From the IMG/VR virus record IMGVR_UViG_3300019752_000005, positions 12,626 to 76,625 of that record: a DNA stretch of 64,000 nucleotides. One strand, written 5' to 3'. The DNA is from a virus. A program made the translations under genes and the position numbers. This document shows, in pieces, positions 39,721 through 50,539 of the stretch. Each line of letters starts with the position of its first letter. The stretch's first letter is position 1. Below the pieces are notes generated by a model that worked only from the letters and a program-made list of their open reading frames with translations, was not told where the DNA came from and searched no databases.

Positions 39721-40322
39721 TTAAAAACCTTTAAAGCTGGAAACCAACTCACTATAAATTACCACGCCAAAGAAGTTTTCCAATCTTGCGCGTTCACCTT
39801 CTGTTTTTGGGTTTGCCATCTTTACAAATAGCTCTCCATCAGAACAAGGTATGGTGGTATTTTTTTGAAGCTTACTATCACCTACAGCAATAATATGTGC
39901 GGTGTAATGATGATTACCGTCACTTGACGGGTGTTTTTCATACCTAACACCATGTTTGTTCATGAAATTAAATAATCTTTTACCTAAAACTTGTTGTTGC
40001 ATACTAACTACTCCTTAATCTTACTCATGTAATTTACAGTATCAGGCATGTTATAAAACTGTTCTAGCAACTTTTCAACGTCACTCTCTTTAGTATAGTA
40101 TGAAGCGCGGAAACGATGCAAGTTTTCACCGTCTTTTTTACCCACAGCGACTAGGTCGCGGGAATCTTGTTGGTAGAATAGGGTGAATATGCCATTGTAT
40201 TCTAGTGTTTTGTAGGGTTTACTATCACAACAGATTGCTTTAATCAGGCAGTTGGGGGCTGTGGATGGGGTGAAGTTGGTTAGGTTTGGTATTAGATTTT
40301 CCTTTACCTTATGTTTTAACAT
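39721..40322 (-). other. two small hypothetical CDSs (39721-40002, 40008-40322)
   Basis: Coupled ORFs. Confidence 0.55.
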
Positions 40323-43300
40323 AAAAACTTCCTTAATTGTTTTTCAAGTTGAGCCATTCCACCGAATCTATTGTGTTGAAACATAAAACTACCTCTATCA
40401 AAGTTAGATTCTTTTATTTTAATTTTCTTATCACCTACCATGAAATATCTTACAAGAAAAGCATGTTGGGACAATGGATCGGCTTTTGCCTTTATCCCAC
40501 CAAAAACCACATCCTCACTTGTCATTGACTCCATTCTGTGAATCAGGGTCGCTGTAGTATTTTCTATATCACTTGTTATTTCAAAGCTCCTTGACGAATG
40601 CTGTAGAATTACTTTAGCAGCGTTTTGCACGCTCAACTCACTGCTAATAACGTGTATTTCATTTTCACAGCCATCTATTAAGTCTGTTTTAGTTACCCCT
40701 CCCACAAACCTAGCTCGACCATCTTTTATATAAAGTTGTACGTGCTTAATCCATTTGCTTTTGATATCTATCAATAGACCACCGTTGTTGCTAGTGCTAT
40801 TGATAATAAATCTATCTTGCACCCTACCTTTATTTAAGTGGTGTAATAGTTCGGCTTCTATTGAATTGAAAACCATAACTTCTTTTTTAAAAAACCCAAA
40901 CATAATATTTTCCTTTAAGTTAAAGCCGCCTGAGCGGCTGCTGATAGCTATTAGTTTAGCATATCCTTAATATCAGTAATTAAACCTTGCAGATCAAAAT
41001 GACCACCTAATATATTATTAGAAAGGCTTCTTTCGGTTGGTTTGATTATATCACCATCAGAGTTTAAATCATGTATACTATATTGCTCCCGCATACCTGA
41101 CACATGATATTTTGAGATGTGACGAATAACAAAAGACAAGTCATCGCTCATGAAATAGTAATAACGAGCATCATCATGTTCTCCACCGAATCTAATATCA
41201 ACCAGAATAAAATAACACCCGCCAGAAACCTCGTTTATCTTAGTGGTTAAAACACCCCCTATAGCCTTCGCCTCATCAATGACATCAACAGATTGCCGAG
41301 AACACCGCACCAATTCATCAATAATCACTTCTATATCAACAAGGCTGTTCTTTTTCACCTCAGCCCGATTAATTAGATCAATCTTACCTACGTCACTAAC
41401 AAACATACCTTTGTTATTTTCATCAACCCACACCTCCACGCCACTAATCCACTTATTTTGCAACGTGTAAAGCGCACCGTTTTCATCTTTCTGTTCCTTT
41501 TTTACGGTGAATTGGTGTGGGGATTTTTGGTTTAGGGTGGTTAGGAAGTCTTGATTTTTAATATATCTATCCTTAATCAAGGATGACGCTTCTTTAATAT
41601 AACCCTCCAAATCATTGCCGCTAAAACTAATTTCCCTGTACTTCCCATTTAAATCATAGAGGCAAATATCCACCATATCCAAACCCTTATCACCATGTAG
41701 AACAAAATCTGATGTTTGATATTCTGCAAACCACCCACTACCAACACTTAAACAGCTTTTTATATCACTAGGATTGATACTAGGAAGGCTTTTAGTTAAA
41801 AGGTGAATAAAATCACCTACCTTCAACTCTAGTGATTTATTATTCTTCTGCTTAACACTAATAATGTGAGATTTAATATCTGTAGCTATACCATTGATTC
41901 CAGTTGATGATGGTATGTTATTTAACCTCTCATTATTAATATGTAACCCCAAAATAAGATAATAATCATTAGTAGTGACACTGCCTAGTAATTTTATCGT
42001 TACATGTTTACCAAGCAGCATTCCATCAACTAAGTAATAGCTGCTTGATGAATTATGACCTATATGGTGTGAGTCAAGGAATGTAATGTTGTTTTCAATT
42101 TCTCTAATCTTTACATTATCAAAACCATTACCCTCAAAAGCATCACGAATACCGCGTAACACCTCATCTTCAAAAGCACTCCTAACACACTTAGCCAAAC
42201 ATTTAAACATAATTAAATTCTCCTGATAAAACATCATTCACTTTATTTTTTAATTCACCAATCAAAACATCCTCCTTCAATCCCACTTTTTGTCTATTCA
42301 CATATAAACTACATGTGGTTAAATCATCGTTATTTTTAATACAAGGGAATAGTCTAATCTTGTCACTAGTTTTAAGGAATGTAACTGGCATAGTACCGTC
42401 TAGTAGTGCGGATACAGTGTAGCCATAGTTCCATATTATCACTAAATCCCTTTCTTCTCTTTCTACTTTAATATTGGTGAAGCCTTGCTCTAATAGAGAT
42501 TCTTTAATTTGTAAAGAAACTTTATCTGCTAAAGTGCATTCAACCCATTTTTTTAAGTGTTTAATCATGCTCGCTCCTTTTTTAATTAAATAACACTAAA
42601 ATTATAACACAAATAACCAATTACGTAGCCAATTAGAGCTAATAAAGACCGTGAATAGCTAAGAATAATGATTAATACGTCCATTTAGTTTTAACTTTAC
42701 AAAAATCGAGCATCATTTTTTCCAATACATTTACAATATCTTCATTAAAAACAGGAAACTGTGTTGTACGTTCTGGCTTGTGTGTATCGATAAGATAGCA
42801 GTCAATCCAATTCCCGTATGAATAATTGAATACAACATAAAATCTCATACCATTATATCTAACTAAAAATTGATTACGCCTAAACCACTCGTCATATTCT
42901 ACAACCACAAATTCAGTATTTTTTATATGTGCAGTCTTAAAATTTAAGTTGTCTATGATTTTACCAAAAACACTGTAAGGCATTGGTGGTGGATAATTTA
43001 CATGATATGGTGTATGGTTGCGTTTAAAATACATCCTGATTTTACTGAGTAATGTCATTTAATACTCCCAACTAGTATAAATTTTATGACATTCTAAAAT
43101 CTTTTTTGGCAGCATATTAGTTAATTGTGAGCGTATAAACTTTACTTCACTACCCCACCCACCATTTATATCCATAACAAAACAAGATAACCCATTGTGA
43201 GTGGAGTGATCATAACTCATAAGTAAAACTGTGAGCGTTTCACCTGACTCAACTACTATATCATTACTGTGATGATCTAAATTGATTTTAATTATAGAAA

Positions 43301-43834
43301 ACCTACGATGTTGTTGTGTGGATAATAATCTTGAATTCAAGTTATCGATTAGATTGTAGATTTCAATTATCGATAACAATGGAGGTTTGATTGGGTTTTT
43401 ATCGCATTCTGTTTTCTTGTTAAACATAAGAATGTTTTTAATCCAACTCATGTTATTCTCCTTATACCATGATCAGCTCTTATAGAGATAAGATGTTTAA
43501 CCAATGAACTCATGTAATGTGGACACAGCGGTCTTTTCATAGAATCATAAAAACCTAAGTGTTTAAAGTTGTTTTTTACTGTCACCTTAAACTCCCATAG
43601 ATAATACCTATAACTATATAAATCTGTGACAGTTAGATTGATAAAAGTTTGACCTCTATCTGATACTTTAGCTATAATTTCATCAGGTGAATTAGTTAGA
43701 TCACCTTCTATAACAATAAATTCATCGTGACTGAACATCTTATCATTAAGTAATTTTATAGTATGATTAATGCAATTTATTTTTATTTGCTCGTCATTTG
43801 GTTTGGTATCTTTTTTCTTAAAAAAATTAAGCAT
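40316..43834 (-). other. array of paralogous accessory CDSs (40316-40903, 40951-42237, 42203-42568, 42672-43058, 43059-43451, 43448-43834)
   Basis: Shared segments: KWI..V....D...FV..V.K.DLI; GF.N[VI]K[IV]; IDNLN; amphipathic N-termini. Confidence 0.65.
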
Positions 43835-44114
43835 TGAAATGAAACCTCTCTAAATAAAATTTCCCATACTGGTTAATTATGGGTGTAAGGTAAGCTGTGT
43901 AATATAACAAGTAAACATACCAGCTTGCCTTCCTACTCATCATCTCAACTGGATCTTTATAGCTATAATGGATCTCATGCCTGTAAAACTCAATCTGTTC
44001 TTTTATTTTAACGTCGCATTCATAGAGAGAATGCGACTGACAAGCCAAACCATATTCTAGTGTTTGGGCTATATAGAGGTTGTTATGTTTGTGGATGATG
44101 TATCTGACTTTCAT
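43827..44114 (-). CDS. HicB-like protein
   Basis: YIAQTLEYGLACQSHSLYEC..KIKEQIEFY resembles the HicB N-domain. Confidence 0.55.
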   Translation of the reverse strand: MKVRYIIHKHNNLYIAQTLEYGLACQSHSLYECDVKIKEQIEFYRHEIHYSYKDPVEMMSRKASWYVYLLYYTAYLTPIINQYGKFYLERFHFNA

Positions 44115-44361
44115 CTAGGACAATCCTTTTTAACGGTATTGGTTAGTGCTTCCAACCAACTCATTGACCATCCATAAAATATTTCATCAAGCATTTCATT
44201 AGATAGATCATAAATATTATCACCATAACCAGATATTATATCTAAATCTAGCTTAGCATCCACTACATCATGATGATTATAATCACATAAAAGTTCATAA
44301 GCGATTACCCTTAGATAATATATTTTATTGTTAATCAATAAAACCTTTAGTTGTTGTTCTG

Positions 44362-45132
44362 TCACTTATCAGACCTTATTATTAACACCTCTTTAGCGTC
44401 TTTCCTAGATGTTTTCTTGCACGCTATATTTCTCTTGACATCAAAAAAAACGAACTCAAAACCCTTGCCAGAATACAACTCTATTATATCTATATCAGCT
44501 TTATTGGATACAACAACATCTCCGTCTATTGAAGATGCGTATTTACATAATCTAACTTGATCACCCCATGAAAATCCCTTACCTGTATAGCCATTAAATG
44601 AATTATGGTATGGTGGATCAATATAAACAAAATCACCATCTCTTGGTTGAACATTACTAAAATCTGTGCAGGTGAATTTAAAACTACTAAACACATCTTT
44701 ATAGGCAAGAAAATCTTTTTTGTAATTTATATTGAAATAACTACCCATACCAACATTAAAGTCACCTCTCTTGTTGAATCTAACTAATCCATTAAAGCAG
44801 GTTCTATTTAAATAGTAGAATAGCTGCGCTGCATACGCAGTGTTTTGATTGTCAAGATCGTTAAATACATCACGATAATAATAATATAAATCTTTATCGT
44901 TCCTCATATCTATATCGCAAACCAATCCGTGCTGAATTTGTTTATAAAGGTTGATCACATGCGGGTTTAAATCATTCAGCACAGCATCATTAACACCTAA
45001 ACCTAACGCAACAGAAACACCTCCAGCAAAAGGCTCAATAAGCCTTTGTTCTTTTTTATAGTATTTTTTTAAGGTGGGTATAAGCCAACGTTTACCGCCA
45101 GCGTATTTCAACACAGGATTTAACAAGCTCAC
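44362..45132 (-). CDS. dam: DNA adenine methyltransferase (Dam/D12 class)
   Basis: LKYAGGK, EPFAGG, LNRTCFNGL.R.N..G.FN, DPPY. Confidence 0.93.
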   Translation of the reverse strand: MSLLNPVLKYAGGKRWLIPTLKKYYKKEQRLIEPFAGGVSVALGLGVNDAVLNDLNPHVINLYKQIQHGLVCDIDMRNDKDLYYYYRDVFNDLDNQNTAYAAQLFYYLNRTCFNGLVRFNKRGDFNVGMGSYFNINYKKDFLAYKDVFSSFKFTCTDFSNVQPRDGDFVYIDPPYHNSFNGYTGKGFSWGDQVRLCKYASSIDGDVVVSNKADIDIIELYSGKGFEFVFFDVKRNIACKKTSRKDAKEVLIIRSDK

Positions 45133-45983
45133 ACCTCAACCACATAATTAATGTATTTAATTTTGTGGTTTTGACCATATAAAGGAAATTTGCTGTCCCC
45201 CATAGGATGTCTTCTAAATGCCTCGTTAAAAACATTTACCATTTTACCATGCTGTTTCAATAGTTGGATTCTGGTTTGTGACAACTGTCTTAATCTGAGT
45301 AAAGCTTTATCTTTATTAACGAAGTCACCTAACACCCATAATACATTACCATGCTCATTAACTGCTATAACTTGATGTATTTTCATTATCTATCTCGCAC
45401 AAAAAAAGGATACCTTATCGCATCCTTTAATTATAGTGTAGATCTTACAAATTTCTTTACACAGACATAATCCAATCCATTAACTCTGTTGTTGGCTCAA
45501 GCACACATAGTTCTGAGTGATTAAATACAGCATTAATACATACATTTTCTTCATCAACTTTACACCCAAGATGTTCACCCATTTTATATGCATGAAAACC
45601 ATGATCAGAGTGATGTAAGCTTGCATCATCCATAAACTCAGCTATCAACTCTCTCATTTCGTTATCTGTGAGGTGTTGCATGGAAATAATTCCTGTAGTT
45701 TGTTTAACGTAGGTTCTATTAGCTGGATAACCTCTAAAGCCTTTAATTTAGCTTTATCTCTATCATCCTCGTTAACATAATAGATAAGCTCATTAAATAT
45801 GTCAAGGGTGTGCTTTGGTATTGATGTGCATCTGCTTGGAAATATTTCTATTTGCACAGAATTTAAACCGCATTTCTTATCTAAAGAATCTGAAGCTAAT
45901 ACGGTAGTAGATATTCTATAAATTCCCTTGTATTGTTCAAATTCATTTTCCGATACCAGCAGTCTCTTTATTATTTTCAACAA
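45129..45983 (-). other. three small hypothetical CDSs (45129-45386, 45457-45681, 45654-45983)
   Basis: Short ORFs in operon context. Confidence 0.55.
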
Positions 45984-46651
45984 TTTAAAACCTTTATTAG
46001 TTCGTTAGTTATAACCACATCTTGCTTACAATATTCATGCAGTAACTTGAATTCTTTTTCCTTGTACGCATCCCATACCAACGCACCACACATAGCTTGC
46101 TTTTTATAATTCAATGTTTTAGCACCATAACCAAGTAAAGATAAGGACGCGTTATCCATAGAAACACCTCTCTCGTCTGAAATCATTTTCATTACATCAA
46201 CACTACGTGACCAGTACCTTTTACTTTCATAAACTGGAAATAGTTCTGGTACTGGAATATTCATCTTAATAAAAGAATTTCTAAGTAAAAATAGATCATA
46301 ACTTGATGAATTATACCCATACCAGATTGTTTTCAAACACACGTTATCACCCACCCAACTATAAAGTTTCTCCATGATATTTTCTCCGTCGAAGCAATCT
46401 ATGGTGTGATGGGTGTTATCCACATAAACATGAATCAAAATTGGTTCTGCATACAACGGATTTAATGATGTTTTTCTAACTAAATCTTGGTATCTACCAT
46501 CTATAGCATCATCGGTATCCCACGATTCTTTTAAAGCTTTTCTCGTATTGTGCTTTGGCTTGGAATTAATAGATTCCTCTCTAAACTTTTCCAATAACAC
46601 AGGATTACTTGTTGGAATTGCTTCCACGTCAAACACTAATTTTCTAATCAT
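45977..46651 (-). CDS. DEDDy 3'-5' exonuclease (PolB-exo-like, stand-alone)
   Basis: ExoI FDVE, ExoII GYN...YD, ExoIII YCKQDV. Start reassigned to MIRKLV at 46651 (GGGAG RBS) to avoid overlapping the portal. Confidence 0.85.
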   Translation of the reverse strand: MIRKLVFDVEAIPTSNPVLLEKFREESINSKPKHNTRKALKESWDTDDAIDGRYQDLVRKTSLNPLYAEPILIHVYVDNTHHTIDCFDGENIMEKLYSWVGDNVCLKTIWYGYNSSSYDLFLLRNSFIKMNIPVPELFPVYESKRYWSRSVDVMKMISDERGVSMDNASLSLLGYGAKTLNYKKQAMCGALVWDAYKEKEFKLLHEYCKQDVVITNELIKVLNC

Positions 46652-46661
46652 AATACTCCCG

Positions 46662-46671
46662 CTATATTTTA
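46662..46671 (+). promoter_or_regulatory. putative late-promoter motif CTATATTTTA
   Basis: 31 bp upstream of the portal ATG. Confidence 0.55.
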
Positions 46672-46702
46672 ATATTAATAATAAAAATAGGTATTTTAAC
46701 AT

Positions 46703-48187
46703 ATGAGCATAGAATATGATATAGAAAGTCCTGAGTACGCAGCGCATAAGAAAAATTGGATTATAACCCAAGACTTAATGGGCGGTACTCCAGTTATGCG
46801 TGAAAAAGGAGAAGAATACCTATTTAAAAATGAAAAAGAAGGTGAAAAAAAATATAGACATAGATTAGAAAGTTCTACATTATACAATGCTTATCGCTCA
46901 ACATCAATTAGGCTTATTGGTCAAATACTGCATGATAGGATTATGATAGATGATAGCTCAACAAATGAATTCAAAGAGTGGATGAAGAACGTTGACAGGC
47001 AAGGTAATGATATTAACATGTTTGCCAAGCAAATCTGCTATGACGCTTATCATTTTGGTGTGGCTCATATATTCACAGAAATGCCTGATAAAAGTAAACT
47101 AGAAAAAGAGTATGATGATGCTGGTATTCCTTATACAATGCAAACCGATATTGAACATGGGATAAAGCCATATCTATGCAGGGTATCCCCCATGAATGTT
47201 TTAGCAATTAGATTTGATACTAAATTTGGCGTTAAGGAGCCTTACTATGTTAGAACAATAGAAAGAAATCAAATTGAAGATGAAGAAAACCCACTAGTAA
47301 CTATTGAACAAAAAGTAGTTAGAGAGTTTAGAAGAGGGGTATTGGTTACCCATACAAAAACAGGCGATGGGCAATGGGAATCTAAAACAAGGAATAATTA
47401 TAAGAAAAGAATACCGATTACCACGCTTTATTTTAGACAGGATGGGGATGGTTACGGAAGACCTGTAGCTGAGGATCAGGCTTATGATAACGTTAAGCAT
47501 TGGCAAATACAAAGTGACACTGAAAACTCCGCAAGATTTAGCAGGTTCCCTATGCTGTCAGTTATTGGTGTTGATAAGAGTGAAATAGATCAATTTAAGG
47601 TTATTAGTCCAGATAAGGTATATACAACTTCACAGAAGGATGCAAAAATTGGATATATTGAATCTAGGGGTGAAGCTATTAGTATTGGTGAAAAACAGTT
47701 AGAACGCCTTGAAAGACAAATGGACGCAATGGGTACACAATTACTCATGCCTACATCAGGTAAAATGACAGCTACAGAAGCCGCTATTAAGAACGCAGGT
47801 TCTCAAGCCACAATAAACTCCCTGATACTTGTTTTAGAGTCAGCATTAAATCACGCGCTAGGGCTTGCAGATACATGGTATACCACCACCATAAACACCT
47901 ATAAAGGTTCTATAACATTGTCATTAGACGCACAATTTGAAGAATCAAAACCAGATCCACAGCTATTATTAGCATTACATAAGCTTGCAGGGGAGTTAAG
48001 TATATTTAGTCCAGAAGCAGTGGCTGAAATAATTAAATCTTTATACGATTGGCTACCAGAACAAAGTGCAGAAGATATTGTTGCTGATGCAGAGGATACA
48101 TCCAATGATGTTGGAATGGAATCTTTACCAGAAGGCGAAGATTTAGATGAACTTATTGATGATGAGCTGGACGAGGAAGAAGATTAG
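46703..48187 (+). CDS. portal protein (DUF4055-type)
   Basis: 494 aa; GG...MR..GEEYL...Y.HRL....LYN, NVDRQGN, G.AHI, H.Q..SD, TATE, acidic tail. Confidence 0.85.
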   Translation: MSIEYDIESPEYAAHKKNWIITQDLMGGTPVMREKGEEYLFKNEKEGEKKYRHRLESSTLYNAYRSTSIRLIGQILHDRIMIDDSSTNEFKEWMKNVDRQGNDINMFAKQICYDAYHFGVAHIFTEMPDKSKLEKEYDDAGIPYTMQTDIEHGIKPYLCRVSPMNVLAIRFDTKFGVKEPYYVRTIERNQIEDEENPLVTIEQKVVREFRRGVLVTHTKTGDGQWESKTRNNYKKRIPITTLYFRQDGDGYGRPVAEDQAYDNVKHWQIQSDTENSARFSRFPMLSVIGVDKSEIDQFKVISPDKVYTTSQKDAKIGYIESRGEAISIGEKQLERLERQMDAMGTQLLMPTSGKMTATEAAIKNAGSQATINSLILVLESALNHALGLADTWYTTTINTYKGSITLSLDAQFEESKPDPQLLLALHKLAGELSIFSPEAVAEIIKSLYDWLPEQSAEDIVADAEDTSNDVGMESLPEGEDLDELIDDELDEEED

Positions 48188-48227
48188 ATAGTTATTAATG
48201 AGAGGGTTGCCAGCCCTCCATATTTAA

Positions 48228-48692
48228 TTAATCCCTGCACTGATAGTTTTTCATGTGATCTTCTTCACATAGTTGATGGTAGTTGTCATAGGTTTCATTA
48301 ATAATGCCATTCAACCCATAAAAATCAGATACATCCCCACAAATATCGTGGTAACTTTCCTCTATTTCATCAACATAAGCCTGTACTACTGAGCTAATTT
48401 TTGTTGCAGAAATTGTATCAAACATTATCGATACATTTGTATCATCATGGTATTTTTGTGTTGAAATTGCAAGTTTTTTTGCGATATCTTCAGGTGACTC
48501 GCATTTAGATCCAATAATGAAAATAGGGTCAAAACCACCCTTGCATAATTCACTTACCGCGTTATCAAAGTCAGATTCATCCCCTTCTGTATCACAGAAC
48601 AAACACTCCAAGTCCTCTAAACTATTAATACTAATGTTTTCATACTGAGATAAATCAACTTCTTTTGCTGTGTTGTATTCTAATCTGAGCAT
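48228..48692 (-). CDS. acidic hypothetical protein
   Basis: Asp/Glu-rich; own promoter TTGACT-18-TATAAT at 48730-48759. Confidence 0.65.
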   Translation of the reverse strand: MLRLEYNTAKEVDLSQYENISINSLEDLECLFCDTEGDESDFDNAVSELCKGGFDPIFIIGSKCESPEDIAKKLAISTQKYHDDTNVSIMFDTISATKISSVVQAYVDEIEESYHDICGDVSDFYGLNGIINETYDNYHQLCEEDHMKNYQCRD

Positions 48693-48759
48693 ATCTATTT
48701 ACCTATATGGTGTTGTTATGTATGTGATAATTATAAATGAACACAGCAAGTAAAGTCAA

Positions 48760-49263
48760 TTATTTATTTGGAATAAACACATACTCTTTTACTTCAAATA
48801 AACCATTATCATTCATATCCAGTACAACATCCTTAATAACCCCTTTTTCAAAATTAACCAATGGGATATAAAGCTTTTCTGAAGAAAAAACAGGTTTATA
48901 ATCACTAATTATTTCGAATTTAGAGTAGGTTTGATGTTTATATCCAAATGATGCTGGATTATACGTTCCTTCTCTTGTTGTTGGGTCAAATATAAAGTTA
49001 ACCCAGCACTTAGTTATATCTGTGTTGGCTGGACACCTCTGATTTAAAGCAAATATATTTAAATCACCATCATTATTAATTGTTCCCTCCCATACATAGT
49101 CTTCACTGTAAATTGTGTTACCAGAAGACTTTGTAAACTCTATCTCTTGAGTGCTGAATATATCGTACTCAATCTTTAACGTCGTATTTGCATAATCATT
49201 AATATCCGCTGCTGATAATGCTGTGGAAGTTAATAATAATCCTGTTGCTAATAATTTTTTCAT
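48760..49263 (-). CDS. secreted protein
   Basis: Signal peptide MKKLLATGLLLTSTALSA; C-terminal LYIPLV...V.L.....LFEV. Confidence 0.65.
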   Translation of the reverse strand: MKKLLATGLLLTSTALSAADINDYANTTLKIEYDIFSTQEIEFTKSSGNTIYSEDYVWEGTINNDGDLNIFALNQRCPANTDITKCWVNFIFDPTTREGTYNPASFGYKHQTYSKFEIISDYKPVFSSEKLYIPLVNFEKGVIKDVVLDMNDNGLFEVKEYVFIPNK

Positions 49264-49274
49264 ATTCGTATTCC

Positions 49275-49820
49275 TTAGTAGTTATGGTTTAAATTGTCAT
49301 TAATTAAAATATTTGGCGTTTTTTTATCACCAAAAGTTATTGCAGCTATATTATCGCTATTACTTAGCGCGTCACTCTTATATCCAACATAGAATCCGCG
49401 CCGAGAAAATCCAACAATAAAGCTATCTTTTTTATCCCCATCGAATAAAATTTCATATAAATCATATACTAAACTTACATCTATTTTATCTAATATGTTA
49501 TCAGTTTTAAATGTACAGCTATCAAGAACAAAAGATAACTTTCCATTCCTTTCAACTGCACACAAGATATCATCTCGATTAATGATCGTCTCAATATTTG
49601 ATGCAGGTATTTCATTTTTAACTGATAGTGTTATCTTGCATTTCAAACCAAGTTTAGTGCCGTATTCAATCAAGCTTGATTTCTTAAATCTAACCTCAAT
49701 ACCAAAGATTAAAACACAAAATAACGTTTTAGTTTCTCTATTTATTCTACCCACTGTTGAAATGTAAGGATTGGAAACCCTTACGTGTTGACCAACTTTA
49801 ATCATTACTTTACCACTCAT
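49275..49820 (-). CDS. accessory protein (TKT...RF.K beta-barrel plus IVGF...GF C-domain)
   Basis: Domains shared with 62043-63047 and 58805-60061. Confidence 0.6.
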   Translation of the reverse strand: MSGKVMIKVGQHVRVSNPYISTVGRINRETKTLFCVLIFGIEVRFKKSSLIEYGTKLGLKCKITLSVKNEIPASNIETIINRDDILCAVERNGKLSFVLDSCTFKTDNILDKIDVSLVYDLYEILFDGDKKDSFIVGFSRRGFYVGYKSDALSNSDNIAAITFGDKKTPNILINDNLNHNY

Positions 49821-49844
49821 GTTTTTTTATTGCTAATAATTAAC

Positions 49845-49883
49845 ATGATACATGTGTAGGGGGCTTAAAGCAAGCTGGGGGTA
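49845..49883 (-). promoter_or_regulatory. promoter TTGCTT-17-TATCAT overlapping 14-bp motif copy 2
   Basis: Spacing is exact; motif at 49870-49883. Confidence 0.5.
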
Positions 49884-50539
49884 CTTTCCTAAATATCAAT
49901 CTACTGTTATCTTTATCTGAACTCTTTAGTGTATTTATTTTATGCACGATCATACCCTCCACACTCTCATGCAAGAGAAATAAATTAACAAAAATAAATA
50001 TTATCAATAATAATCGCATTTACTAAAGCAGATTGTATTACCATCTAATACAGAAACATCATAGCCACCCAGAACACCTATGAACTTACAATCAACTAAT
50101 GTGTGATGGGCGGTTGTTATTTTTCTTGTGTACGGATAATTCCTGCAAAGATAGAAAAATAACTCCATTGTTAATTTTTTATATAAAACAAAAATATCTT
50201 CAGATATATCATTATTCAACCCTACTAACTCATGATAGGTTGATAATAATTTAGCGCAAACTTCCATTAATGTTTCTAAATAATCCATCTCATGCAGATT
50301 CATAATAACACAGCCTTTTAAAACGGCTTTCCTACACTTAATTTTGTATCCTGATGAAACTCGCATCTTATTCTTTCCACAGAAAAGAATTTATCATTTG
50401 ATTCAATGCATCGCCTAATTATTGAGCCACCCTGTGGAAAATCTGTGTTAGATATTAATAGTTTATCATTAACTTTAATCATTTTATCTCTTTTTAACTT
50501 GTGAAACGGCACTTAGTGTGTGCCGTTTTAGTTTTTTGA

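Noticed and set aside
46652-46887. N-terminal extension of the exonuclease and ORF 46696-46887
   Set aside because: Both are antisense to the portal start; the real exonuclease start is 46651.
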